Part shown: one piece after another, positions 32,162 through 40,727 of the stretch | Layout: each line of letters begins with the position of its first letter | Position numbering within the stretch: position 1 is the first letter of the stretch | Assembly (NCBI GenBank): GCA_002010215.1 | Contig: MTMY01000031.1 | Span: forward strand, 62,001-123,195 | Reading direction: 5' to 3' | DNA: 61,195 bases | Source: Archaeoglobus sp. JdFR-37 | GTDB lineage: Archaea; Halobacteriota; Archaeoglobi; Archaeoglobales; Archaeoglobaceae | Position numbers and translations under genes: made by a program | The notes under the pieces: model-generated | What the model saw: the letters and a program-made list of their open reading frames with translations, nothing else | Databases searched by the model: none | What the model was told of the DNA's origin: nothing

Positions 32162-33153
32162 GAAGGGTAATCATAGCCTCAACCATCAGTATCGCAGCCA
32201 TCGCCGTCATCTTCAAGTTCACAGAGACGAGTATAACTTGGAAGGCAATTTCTGAAGCCAATATCGGGCTGTTATTTATTGCTCTGCTTTTTCATACATT
32301 TTTCTGGATTTTCTGGGCTCTCCGCCTGAAATTTCTTGCCTCTCTGCTAGATCACAGTGTCACTTACATTCATTCTCTGAGAACAACCCTTGCCTCCAAC
32401 TTCCTTGCAGCAATTACTCCCTCTTCAGCTGGAGGAGAGCCGCTACGCGTCAAAATGCTCTCGGATGCTGGTATGAGCTATGGCTCAGCAACAGCAGTAG
32501 TTCTCGCTGAAAGGCTGCTGGATGCAGTATTTTTCATAACTGCTCTGCCGGTTTTTCTCCTACTATCTGATTTTTCTATTGGATTCGGTCTGAAGGTTGG
32601 TGGGATTTTCCTGATTTTTCTTGCGCTGTTCATCATATTCTTGTGGGAGTTATTAAAAAGGCCAGACAGAATAGAGAGATTGCTGAACTGGGCGAAAAGA
32701 AAGTCTGGAAATGGCAGGATTATTAGGGCAATAGAGAGAGAGGTTTGGATGTTTAGAGACGCTGCAATTGAGCTTGCAAAAGACTCGAAAGCCCAGCTTT
32801 CTGCCCTTTTCACCATCACGGCCCTTATCTGGTTGAGTGAATTTCTCGTACCCTCTTTCCTTCTCCTCTCTCTGAGTGAAAATCCGAATTTTCTGTATTC
32901 AATCACGTCTCAGTTGATAATTGTCATAATTTCTCTCATCCCCCTGACACCGGGAAGTAGTGGCATAGCGGAATTCAGTATGAGCTACTTGTATTCTCAA
33001 TTCGTACCGCAGCACGTTTTAGGCGTTCTTGTAGGAATGTGGAGGGGAATAACATACTTCACAAATCTGATGATAGGTGCTATTTTTATCGGATTTATAA
33101 ATGGTTTTGTGAATCCAACCAATTCGAGAAATTCAGAATTGAAGAAGGAATAA
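32131..33153 (+). CDS. Flippase-like lysylphosphatidylglycerol-synthase TM-domain protein (UPF0104)
   Basis: ITPSSAGGEPLR, ERLLD, PLTPGSSGIAE, WRGITY. Confidence 0.85.
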   Translation: MGTNEKNGRIRRVIIASTISIAAIAVIFKFTETSITWKAISEANIGLLFIALLFHTFFWIFWALRLKFLASLLDHSVTYIHSLRTTLASNFLAAITPSSAGGEPLRVKMLSDAGMSYGSATAVVLAERLLDAVFFITALPVFLLLSDFSIGFGLKVGGIFLIFLALFIIFLWELLKRPDRIERLLNWAKRKSGNGRIIRAIEREVWMFRDAAIELAKDSKAQLSALFTITALIWLSEFLVPSFLLLSLSENPNFLYSITSQLIIVIISLIPLTPGSSGIAEFSMSYLYSQFVPQHVLGVLVGMWRGITYFTNLMIGAIFIGFINGFVNPTNSRNSELKKE

Positions 33154-33567
33154 AACCTCGTCTGAATCAAATCCCATATCTTCCAACTTTTTCTTGGCTC
33201 TGCTGAATGCGTTGTAGTTATAATCTTCTCCATGGGCTTTTTTAATCAGAGATTCATACTCTAACTCTGTAAGATGCTTTTTCAGGAACTCTTTAAAGTT
33301 TCTCCTGTCTACGATTTCAACTTCCACTTTTTCTGTCCTTAGTCTTCCATTGAATACAATAGCATCGGTCTTCCAGCAGGATTTGCATTCTACTATAATC
33401 ATCCTTTCATCGCCAATTGTGGCGATTCCTCTCTGAATCATCTCTCCGCCACAGTTACAAAAGCCTCCAAATGTGGAGTCGTTGAGCTTTGTGAGCTTTA
33501 CCACTCTGTCATCTACAAATATCCTTGACAGAGGTTCAATCACTATTATCATAAGAACAATTATCAC
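33133..33567 (-). CDS. Hypothetical protein with zinc-ribbon-like Cys pairs
   Basis: CNCGG...ECKSC plus helical C-terminus; start uncertain. Confidence 0.65.
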   Translation of the reverse strand: MIIVLMIIVIEPLSRIFVDDRVVKLTKLNDSTFGGFCNCGGEMIQRGIATIGDERMIIVECKSCWKTDAIVFNGRLRTEKVEVEIVDRRNFKEFLKKHLTELEYESLIKKAHGEDYNYNAFSRAKKKLEDMGFDSDEVLFLLQF

Positions 33568-33679
33568 TTCCTCATATATATCTCTTTCGGTATAATTTCA
33601 ATTCACGTATTTAAATAATCAAAAGGAATATTTATTGTTACCCTTATAAATTAATATCAGTAGCATAAAAACAAGATAT

Positions 33680-33913
33680 TCAAATGAGTGTAACTTTACT
33701 TACCTCGGGCAGTTTTTTGCGGAGGTGTTGCTCGACGAACATTGAAAGCGTAATCTGTGACATTGGGCAGCCAAAGCATGCTCCGAGTAGTCTGACTTTT
33801 ACCTCTCCACTACCCTCATCCACTTCGATGACTTCTATGCTCCCTCCATCTCTGGCAAGGGCTGGTTTTATATCCGATTCAATTACTTCTTCCACTTTTT
33901 CTTTAAGACTCAT
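33680..33913 (-). CDS. NifU/Nfu-like Fe-S scaffold domain protein
   Basis: IKPALARDGG...LLGACFGCPMSQITL. Confidence 0.92.
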   Translation of the reverse strand: MSLKEKVEEVIESDIKPALARDGGSIEVIEVDEGSGEVKVRLLGACFGCPMSQITLSMFVEQHLRKKLPEVSKVTLI

Positions 33914-34040
33914 AAAGGAGAGGCTTTATGGCCAATATTTAAGCTTTCTTGTTGTGTGCAGAGAGAATAAAATCTTGGAGGCCTGAAGAAAAATATGCCC
34001 ACCGAAAGTAATAAATCAAGCACTTCTTAGTAAATATAAA

Positions 34041-35054
34041 ATGAATTTGACAATTAGAATGACAAGAGCAACCGGGACAACTCCAAAAAACTATGCTATT
34101 CTGGGGTTACTGATTATTGTAGGTCTTGCATCAATAATATTGAGTGTGAGCGTCGGCTCATCTGACATCAATTTCTGGGATGTTGTCAAAACCATATTTG
34201 GAGATGAGAATGCTACACTGAAGAGCATTGTTGACTTCAGACTGCGCAGAACAATTTTGGCTGTTATTGTTGGAGCAGCACTTACCACCGCTGGCTGCGC
34301 GATGCAATCATTATTCCGAAATCCACTGGCTGACCCATACATTCTTGGAGTATCCAGCGGAGCAAGTGTAGGTGCAGCATTAGTCATCCTCCTCGGCTTT
34401 GCTTCATCTCTGAATATAATAACAGCAGCGTTTTTCTCTGCTATTATCACAGTTTATTTGGTTTATCAGCTCGGAAAAACATCTACGTACTCTTTGCTGC
34501 TTGCAGGGGTAGCTATGGCTACTTTTCTCTCTGGAATTACATCTTTGCTTATCTATCTAGCTGGGAAGGATATGCATCAAGTGGTTTTCTGGATAATGGG
34601 GGGCTTCTGGACTGCTAGCTGGTTGAAAGTTAAGATAGTCCTTCTTCCGGTGTTTGTAGGGATTGTCATAGTTGTTTATAATTCATGGAAGCTCAATGCC
34701 ATTTTGCTTGGGGAAGAGCACGCTGCAAGTGTGGGCGTGGACGTGAATAGGCTTAAAAGGATAATCATAACCTTTGCCGCCCTTCTCACAGCTTCAGCAG
34801 TCTCGGTTAGTGGGGTAATAGGATTTGTTGGTCTCATAATCCCTCATGCCATGAGGCTGGTGGTTGGTGAGGACAACCGCATACTTCTGCCTACAGCAAT
34901 TCTGTTCTCGGCAGCCTTCATGCCGTTGGTGGATGTAGTTGCTAGGACTGCTGTATCAGGGGAGCTTCCCGTGGGAATAATAACGGCATTGCTGGGTGCA
35001 CCATTCTTCATTTACCTCCTGAGGAGGGGGAAGACCATTGATGCTTCGGGTTGA
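34041..35054 (+). CDS. btuC: Cobalamin/iron-chelate ABC permease (BtuC/FecCD)
   Basis: MQSLFRNPLADPYILGVSSGA, LGEEHAASVGV, GFVGLIIPH, GAPFF; next to cbiZ. Confidence 0.88.
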   Translation: MNLTIRMTRATGTTPKNYAILGLLIIVGLASIILSVSVGSSDINFWDVVKTIFGDENATLKSIVDFRLRRTILAVIVGAALTTAGCAMQSLFRNPLADPYILGVSSGASVGAALVILLGFASSLNIITAAFFSAIITVYLVYQLGKTSTYSLLLAGVAMATFLSGITSLLIYLAGKDMHQVVFWIMGGFWTASWLKVKIVLLPVFVGIVIVVYNSWKLNAILLGEEHAASVGVDVNRLKRIIITFAALLTASAVSVSGVIGFVGLIIPHAMRLVVGEDNRILLPTAILFSAAFMPLVDVVARTAVSGELPVGIITALLGAPFFIYLLRRGKTIDASG

Positions 35055-35802
35055 AGGAGTGAGTGTCAGGCTGAAGAGCATGGAAATCTTGAAGGATGTT
35101 ACCTTTGAGCTCAGGGAAGGCGATCTTATCGCCTTACTGGGTCCCAACGGGAGTGGAAAGTCAACCATCCTTAGAACGTTATTTGGATTACTTAAGCCGG
35201 TAAATGGAGTGGTGTATCTGGATGGTAAGACTGTTCACGGCATGAAGATTCAGGATGTTGCAAAAATCCTCGGTTATTTGCCCCAAGAAAATTCGGAGAC
35301 GAATCTGAGGGTTATAGATGTTGTTCTGCTTGGAAGGACACCGTATGTGGGCTTAACTCCCTCGAACAAAGACCTGAAGATTGCCCTAGAAGCTCTTGAA
35401 CTTGTAGGATTAAAGGATTTTGAGAATCGCTACTTTTCAGAACTGAGCGGTGGAGAGAAGCAGAAGGTTATGCTTGCAAGGATTTTCTGCCAGCAGACGG
35501 ACTTCCTTCTGCTAGATGAGCCCACATCTCATCTGGACATCAGAAGCCAAGTTGAGGTGATGAACATCGTGAAGCGAATGGTGGATGAAGGAAAGGCGGC
35601 AATAATTGCAATACACGATATAAATCTAGCTGCATCTTTCTGCAATCGAATACTGATGGTCAAGAATGGCAGGATAGCTTATGCCGGTAAATCATCTGAA
35701 GTCATAAACCCTGAGAGCATAAGAGATGTGTTTGGAGTTGAAGTGGATGTGGTGCGATATAATGGTAGGGCTCTGGTAGTTCCCAAGGATGTGATGGGAT
35801 GA
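35041..35802 (+). CDS. btuD: Cobalamin/iron-chelate ABC ATPase
   Basis: GPNGSGKST, LSGGEKQ, LLLDEPTSHLD, IHDINLA. Confidence 0.88.
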   Translation: MLRVEGVSVRLKSMEILKDVTFELREGDLIALLGPNGSGKSTILRTLFGLLKPVNGVVYLDGKTVHGMKIQDVAKILGYLPQENSETNLRVIDVVLLGRTPYVGLTPSNKDLKIALEALELVGLKDFENRYFSELSGGEKQKVMLARIFCQQTDFLLLDEPTSHLDIRSQVEVMNIVKRMVDEGKAAIIAIHDINLAASFCNRILMVKNGRIAYAGKSSEVINPESIRDVFGVEVDVVRYNGRALVVPKDVMG

Positions 35803-36359
35803 AATACTGGCTGGAGGAAGATACGCTCATCATCGAAGGCTCATTCAATGCCCTTAGCTCAGGTTTGCTTGGAGGCTGGAAGGATGTTGAACACATCTTC
35901 AACCATACAGTGGTGGAGGACTTTGACTATCTTGATCCGATAAAATACCTCAAAGGAGTGGCAGAAAGATTTGAGATGAAGCATTACTTCGGTTTGCTGA
36001 CATCGGTTCCCATGGACAAGCTATCCATCGTAAAGAATGGCGCAGTTACTGCGTTCATCACTGCTGGAGTTAAGAATCCCAACCAGGAGATTAAAATAGG
36101 GACAATAAATATCATACTGGTTGTTGAAGCAGACCTGTCAGATGGTGGCATGGTGAATGCAGTCATTACTGCCACTGAAGCCAAAAGTGCAGCTTTGTTT
36201 GAGCTGGGTCACAATTTTACCGGGACAAATACTGATGCAGTTGTGGTTGCTAGAACCGGAGGGAATTACTACGAATATACTGGCCCGGCAAGCGAGCTGG
36301 GAAGCAGAATATGGGATGCTGTCAAGAAGGGTGTGAAGGAGAGCCTAGCTAAGTGGTGA
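35799..36359 (+). CDS. cbiZ: Adenosylcobinamide amidohydrolase
   Basis: FNHTV, GLLTSV, TAGVKN, GTINII, TATEAK, TGTNTD. Confidence 0.85.
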   Translation: MKYWLEEDTLIIEGSFNALSSGLLGGWKDVEHIFNHTVVEDFDYLDPIKYLKGVAERFEMKHYFGLLTSVPMDKLSIVKNGAVTAFITAGVKNPNQEIKIGTINIILVVEADLSDGGMVNAVITATEAKSAALFELGHNFTGTNTDAVVVARTGGNYYEYTGPASELGSRIWDAVKKGVKESLAKW

Positions 36360-36384
36360 TGCAGTGGTGTTGCATTATTAACAG

Positions 36385-36480
36385 CTATATCTCCTCAAAA
36401 AAATCGCACTCATCAGGATTTTTCAAGCAATTCCATTCAAGGCACTGCTTGTAGTTCCTGCAGGACTTGCATTCACTCAT
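36385..36480 (-). CDS. Putative 31-aa Cys-rich microprotein
   Basis: MSECKSCRNYKQCLEWNCLKNPDECDFFEEI; BRE/TATA-like AAGAAAACTTTAAGTA with TATA 24-31 nt upstream of the ATG. Confidence 0.6.
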   Translation of the reverse strand: MSECKSCRNYKQCLEWNCLKNPDECDFFEEI

Positions 36481-36600
36481 AGTGGGTCTACACAGCGAGT
36501 TAATACTTAAAGTTTTCTTGTTATTAAATCAGATAAAATGGATAAATTTTAAATACAATTGCCTTCACAACCTCAATAAATTTTGGGAGGTTGTCAAATA

Positions 36601-38439
36601 ATGTTGACTAAATGGAATGTGAGTGTGGGATTCATTGTTGTGATGCTGCTGTGCAGCAATTCACTTGCCAGCACGTTCCACTTTGATGTTGGGAGAAGTG
36701 GAAATTTTACAGATTATGGGCCAAAAAATGCTGAGCTTGTTTATAAACTGCAGCTAACAGGCTTCGTTGATGGCTCGCCAGTGGTGTGGAACGGCAATGT
36801 GTATCTGACCAACAATCCAGGGATGGGAGGTTCTGAACAGCTTGGATTGTACTCCATAAACGCAACCAACGGCAGCATCATCTGGAAGGTTTCAGACATC
36901 TACAGCATGGCAACGCCTGCAGTAAGCGACAGCGGTTACCTGTTTGTTCATGCATACGACAACAGCACAGGCAATGGAGTCCTGTACAGCTTCTATGCCA
37001 GCAATGGCACTGAGCGATGGAACATAACGATTGAACCCAATCTAAGCTGGTGGCAGAGTTCTTCTTCACCTCTGGTTTACAACAATAGAGTTTATGTTCT
37101 GAGTTATGACGGAATTCTCTACGCCTTCGATTTTGATGGTAATGAACTCTGGAATGTGAGCTCAAACGGCATCAACAAGCAGTACTTCAGCTCGCCCTCT
37201 GCGGGAGATGGGCTCATATTCTACTCCCGGAACGAGTCGGGGACGTACTATCTCGCAGCGGTTAATGAGACAGGAGTAATTGTATGGAAAAAGCCTGTAA
37301 ATGGGACCATAGTCAACACTCCTGCCGTTAGTGGTGGAAGAGTGTATATTGCCACTGACACCACACTTTATGCCTTCAATACCACAAATGGCACAGAACT
37401 CTGGAATATCTCATTTAACGGAACCATGTCCACTCCTGCAATTGCAGGAAACAGACTCTACATCGGCTCGAAAGACGGTAAACTGTACTGCTTCAACGCT
37501 TCCACTGGCCAGGAAATCTGGAACTTCACAGCCATCCAGAATCCGTCTGCATGGGATTCAATAAAGTCATCCCCTGCTTACGCTGACAACGTGATCTACT
37601 TCGGCACAAATGAAGTGAATGGGAAAGTATTTGCCCTGAATGCATCAAATGGCAGTCGAATATGGGAGTACGAGGTTAACCAGTACATCATGTCCTCACC
37701 CTTCATTTACAGAGGAAAGCTGTTTATCGGTGCAGACGACGGCAACCTGTACATCTTTGGTCTGTGGAAGGGGACTGTTACCCTGACACCCGGCACTTTT
37801 AATGTCACGGCCGACGACGGGCGGATTTATGCAGTCTCAAACTTAACAGCCCTTGGAGCTTTGCAAAAAGCCAGCGAGATTGGTGGATTCAGCTACACCG
37901 TCAACGAAAGCTATGGTGGAGGTAATCTGTATCCCACATCCATTGGTAGAATAACAAACGGGTGGTGGATGTATGAGGTTAACGGAATAATGCCCATGAA
38001 TGGAACGAACGTTTACAATGTCTCTGATGGAGATACAGTTGTTTACTGGTTATGGACGAGTTTCAGCGATTCTGCAAGCAATACGCCAAATACTGTGATA
38101 ATAAATGTTCACACTAAAAATGCAGACATAAATTCTGTTACGGTAACGAATGGAGTTAGGGGTGGCAATGCAACAGCATATGTGAACATAACTTCTTATG
38201 TCTCAGACTGGTTTGCTGTGGTTGTGAGCGGAACAAATTCCAACGGTGATAGTCTTGCCGGTGTGACAGTTTTGAAGCTCTCCCAGCTACAAACAGTAGA
38301 AGTTCCAGTCGTCCTGCCCATTCCATTGCAGGCGCAGACTGGCAACTACAATCTCTATGTTGGGGTGTACAGGCTAAATGAATATCCGAACAATGTGGCT
38401 GCATATACAACCATTCCAGTAGTATGCGGGGTGAGCTGA
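36601..38439 (+). CDS. Secreted PQQ-repeat (BamB-like) beta-propeller + DUF4430 + Ig-like domain protein
   Basis: Signal peptide; repeated SSP...Y.G..DG.LY..NA.TG...W blades; WWMYEVNG...YNVSDGDTV; many N-x-S/T sequons. Confidence 0.8.
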   Translation: MLTKWNVSVGFIVVMLLCSNSLASTFHFDVGRSGNFTDYGPKNAELVYKLQLTGFVDGSPVVWNGNVYLTNNPGMGGSEQLGLYSINATNGSIIWKVSDIYSMATPAVSDSGYLFVHAYDNSTGNGVLYSFYASNGTERWNITIEPNLSWWQSSSSPLVYNNRVYVLSYDGILYAFDFDGNELWNVSSNGINKQYFSSPSAGDGLIFYSRNESGTYYLAAVNETGVIVWKKPVNGTIVNTPAVSGGRVYIATDTTLYAFNTTNGTELWNISFNGTMSTPAIAGNRLYIGSKDGKLYCFNASTGQEIWNFTAIQNPSAWDSIKSSPAYADNVIYFGTNEVNGKVFALNASNGSRIWEYEVNQYIMSSPFIYRGKLFIGADDGNLYIFGLWKGTVTLTPGTFNVTADDGRIYAVSNLTALGALQKASEIGGFSYTVNESYGGGNLYPTSIGRITNGWWMYEVNGIMPMNGTNVYNVSDGDTVVYWLWTSFSDSASNTPNTVIINVHTKNADINSVTVTNGVRGGNATAYVNITSYVSDWFAVVVSGTNSNGDSLAGVTVLKLSQLQTVEVPVVLPIPLQAQTGNYNLYVGVYRLNEYPNNVAAYTTIPVVCGVS

Positions 38440-40727
38440 TGGGTATTGCAAGAACTTTAGCAGCTTCTTTAATTTCTCTGATTTTGTTTGTTCAGTTGAT
38501 TCAGGCGGCAGTAGCTTTGGAGATCACAATTCAGGGTAACACAAAAGATCAGGCAGTAATTGTAATAACTGATAAGCAGGCGCTGATAATTTTCAGGATG
38601 AATGGTGGTACTCCAGTTTATGCTTACGGGACTGAGGCACACTTCATACCCCATGTCATAGGTACCTTATACATTCAGGCGATAGCTGGAGATGAGACGG
38701 TAAGCAAGACAGTTCAGATAGCTGAGAGTTCTGGAGGTACTAGTGGGGGAAACAGTGGAGAAAGCAGCAGTAGCAGCATCTCTGTTTATTATGATGGAAC
38801 AGTGTATCTCTCCTCAGGCACCTTTACAGTAACTGCCACCACCGGCAAAACATACACCATCAACTGGAGAACAGCACTAGGCGCTTTAAAAGCAGCATCG
38901 GAACAAAAGGGTTTCAGTTTCATTATTAAGGAGACGGACTGGGGGCCATTTGTAAAATGCATAGCGGGCAAATGTGAGGGAGACGAAGGACCGACATCCG
39001 GCTGGATGTATCAGGTGAATGGAAACACTCCTCAAATCGGAGCTCACCAATATAACGTAAACGATGGAGACTTGGTTGTCTGGTACTTCTCCAGAAGTAT
39101 GAGTGATACGCCTGACACATCCCCCATGGTTTTGAAGATACGGGTCAAGTTTGAGACCAGCGAGAGTGCTCAGGCTGCAACTCAGCAGGTTGAGGAGGTT
39201 GCTGAAAAAGGTATATTGCTGAGCAAAGAAATAACAACGAGCCCCGGAAAGAAGGAGAGGATTAATCTTTCTGAAGATGTCATCAATGAGCTCTCCTTAC
39301 TCTCATTAGAAGTTAAGGCAGAAAAGGAGGCAGTAAAGATAGAACTCGCAAAAGCCAAAGAACCTGAGCCTGTCTATGGCAAGGTGCTGAAAGCCTTTGA
39401 TCTGGAAGTTAGTGGGGCGGAGGAGATTAAAATTGAGTTCAGAGTTAACAAGAGTGTTGATAAGGATAGCGTGGTGCTGATGAAATACAATGGACGCTGG
39501 ATTGAGCTGCCAACAGAGTTCGTGAGGGAGGACGAGAATTATTACTATTACACCTCAACTATTTCCAGCTTCAGCACGTTTGCAATAGTTGCCAAGTGGA
39601 AGGACTTTCCGCTGAATGTAACGGATGGCACCATACTCAAAGCCCTCGGCTGGCTTAAGACCATACAGAATGACGATGGTGGCTTCGCTAATCCGGGCGA
39701 GGAGAGCAGCATCTCCAAAACCTCATGGGCAATAATGGCTCTTGCTGCATCAAAGCAAGACCCGCACAGGTGGGTGAAGAACGGGAATTCCCCGCTTGAC
39801 TATCTGAGGAACAACCTCAACTCATCTCTCGGAAAGATGGGCACTGCTGACATAGCAAGAACAATTCTTGCACTCATTGCTGCTGATGAAAACCCAAGAA
39901 ACTTCAGCGGCGTTGATCTGGTGGCGATGCTGAAGGAGAAGGTTAAGGAGGATGGTCAGATTGGAGATTTCATCTACACCACCATATGGGGGATTATGGC
40001 TTTGACTGCAGTTGGCGAGAATACTTCTGAGTCGGTTGAGTGGCTCAAGGCTCAGCAGAACGAAGATGGCGGCTTTGCCTGGGCTGTTGGGGAGAAGAGC
40101 GATTACGACGATACTGCTGCAGCCATACAGGCTTTGATTGCTGCTGGAGAGCCCAGAGCTTCTGACGTAATCAGAAAAGCTTTAGAGTATCTGAAAACTG
40201 GCCAGAATGAAGATGGAGGCTTCAGATACTTCGGCAACTCATCATCCAACGCTGCCAGCGATGCTTGGATAATTCAAGCTCTGGTTGCTGCGGGAGAGAA
40301 TCCAAGAGATTGGAAGAAGGGTGATGTGAGCGTTGTGGATCACCTCTTAAGCTTGCAGACTGAAGAAGGCTATTTCAAATACACAGCAATTCAGATGTCC
40401 AATCCCGGATACATGACTGTGTCTGCCATCATGGCTCTGCTGGGGAAGCCGCACCCGATAAAGCCAGAATACCTTCAGGGAGAGGTGCAGCTGACCAATC
40501 TGACCATACCACCGTCAACCCCAGTAACTCCGACTCCTACACCTACTCCCAAACTAACTCCTACGCCAGCTTCTACTCCGATTTCGACACCGGTTTCCAC
40601 TCCAACTCCGGTGATAACAGAGGAGGCTGTAACTGAGACACCATCTGAGATACCTAAGGGAATTCCAGGATTTGAACTTGCTATTGCCGTGCTCGGACTT
40701 GCGGCAGCTATAAGGTGGAGGAGATGA
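38439..40727 (+). CDS. Surface protein: DUF4430 + PGF-pre-PGF-like domain + prenyltransferase/squalene-oxidase-type alpha/alpha repeats + PGF-CTERM anchor
   Basis: GWMYQVNG; YYYTSTISSFSTFAI; repeats WLKTIQNDDGGF, WLKAQQNEDGGF, YLKTGQNEDGGF; Thr/Pro linker; IPGF-TM-RWRR; TGATG overlap with the upstream gene. Confidence 0.82.
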   Translation: MGIARTLAASLISLILFVQLIQAAVALEITIQGNTKDQAVIVITDKQALIIFRMNGGTPVYAYGTEAHFIPHVIGTLYIQAIAGDETVSKTVQIAESSGGTSGGNSGESSSSSISVYYDGTVYLSSGTFTVTATTGKTYTINWRTALGALKAASEQKGFSFIIKETDWGPFVKCIAGKCEGDEGPTSGWMYQVNGNTPQIGAHQYNVNDGDLVVWYFSRSMSDTPDTSPMVLKIRVKFETSESAQAATQQVEEVAEKGILLSKEITTSPGKKERINLSEDVINELSLLSLEVKAEKEAVKIELAKAKEPEPVYGKVLKAFDLEVSGAEEIKIEFRVNKSVDKDSVVLMKYNGRWIELPTEFVREDENYYYYTSTISSFSTFAIVAKWKDFPLNVTDGTILKALGWLKTIQNDDGGFANPGEESSISKTSWAIMALAASKQDPHRWVKNGNSPLDYLRNNLNSSLGKMGTADIARTILALIAADENPRNFSGVDLVAMLKEKVKEDGQIGDFIYTTIWGIMALTAVGENTSESVEWLKAQQNEDGGFAWAVGEKSDYDDTAAAIQALIAAGEPRASDVIRKALEYLKTGQNEDGGFRYFGNSSSNAASDAWIIQALVAAGENPRDWKKGDVSVVDHLLSLQTEEGYFKYTAIQMSNPGYMTVSAIMALLGKPHPIKPEYLQGEVQLTNLTIPPSTPVTPTPTPTPKLTPTPASTPISTPVSTPTPVITEEAVTETPSEIPKGIPGFELAIAVLGLAAAIRWRR

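Noticed and set aside
33914..36600. Cobalamin riboswitch upstream of btuC or the propeller gene
   Set aside because: Leaders are short and AT-rich with no B12-box-like GGGAA/GCCACTG structure; the larger gap holds the micro-ORF. An Rfam scan would confirm
40505..40645. Repetitive ACTCC/ACACC-rich DNA
   Set aside because: Encodes the Thr/Pro linker before PGF-CTERM; not a CRISPR or DNA repeat
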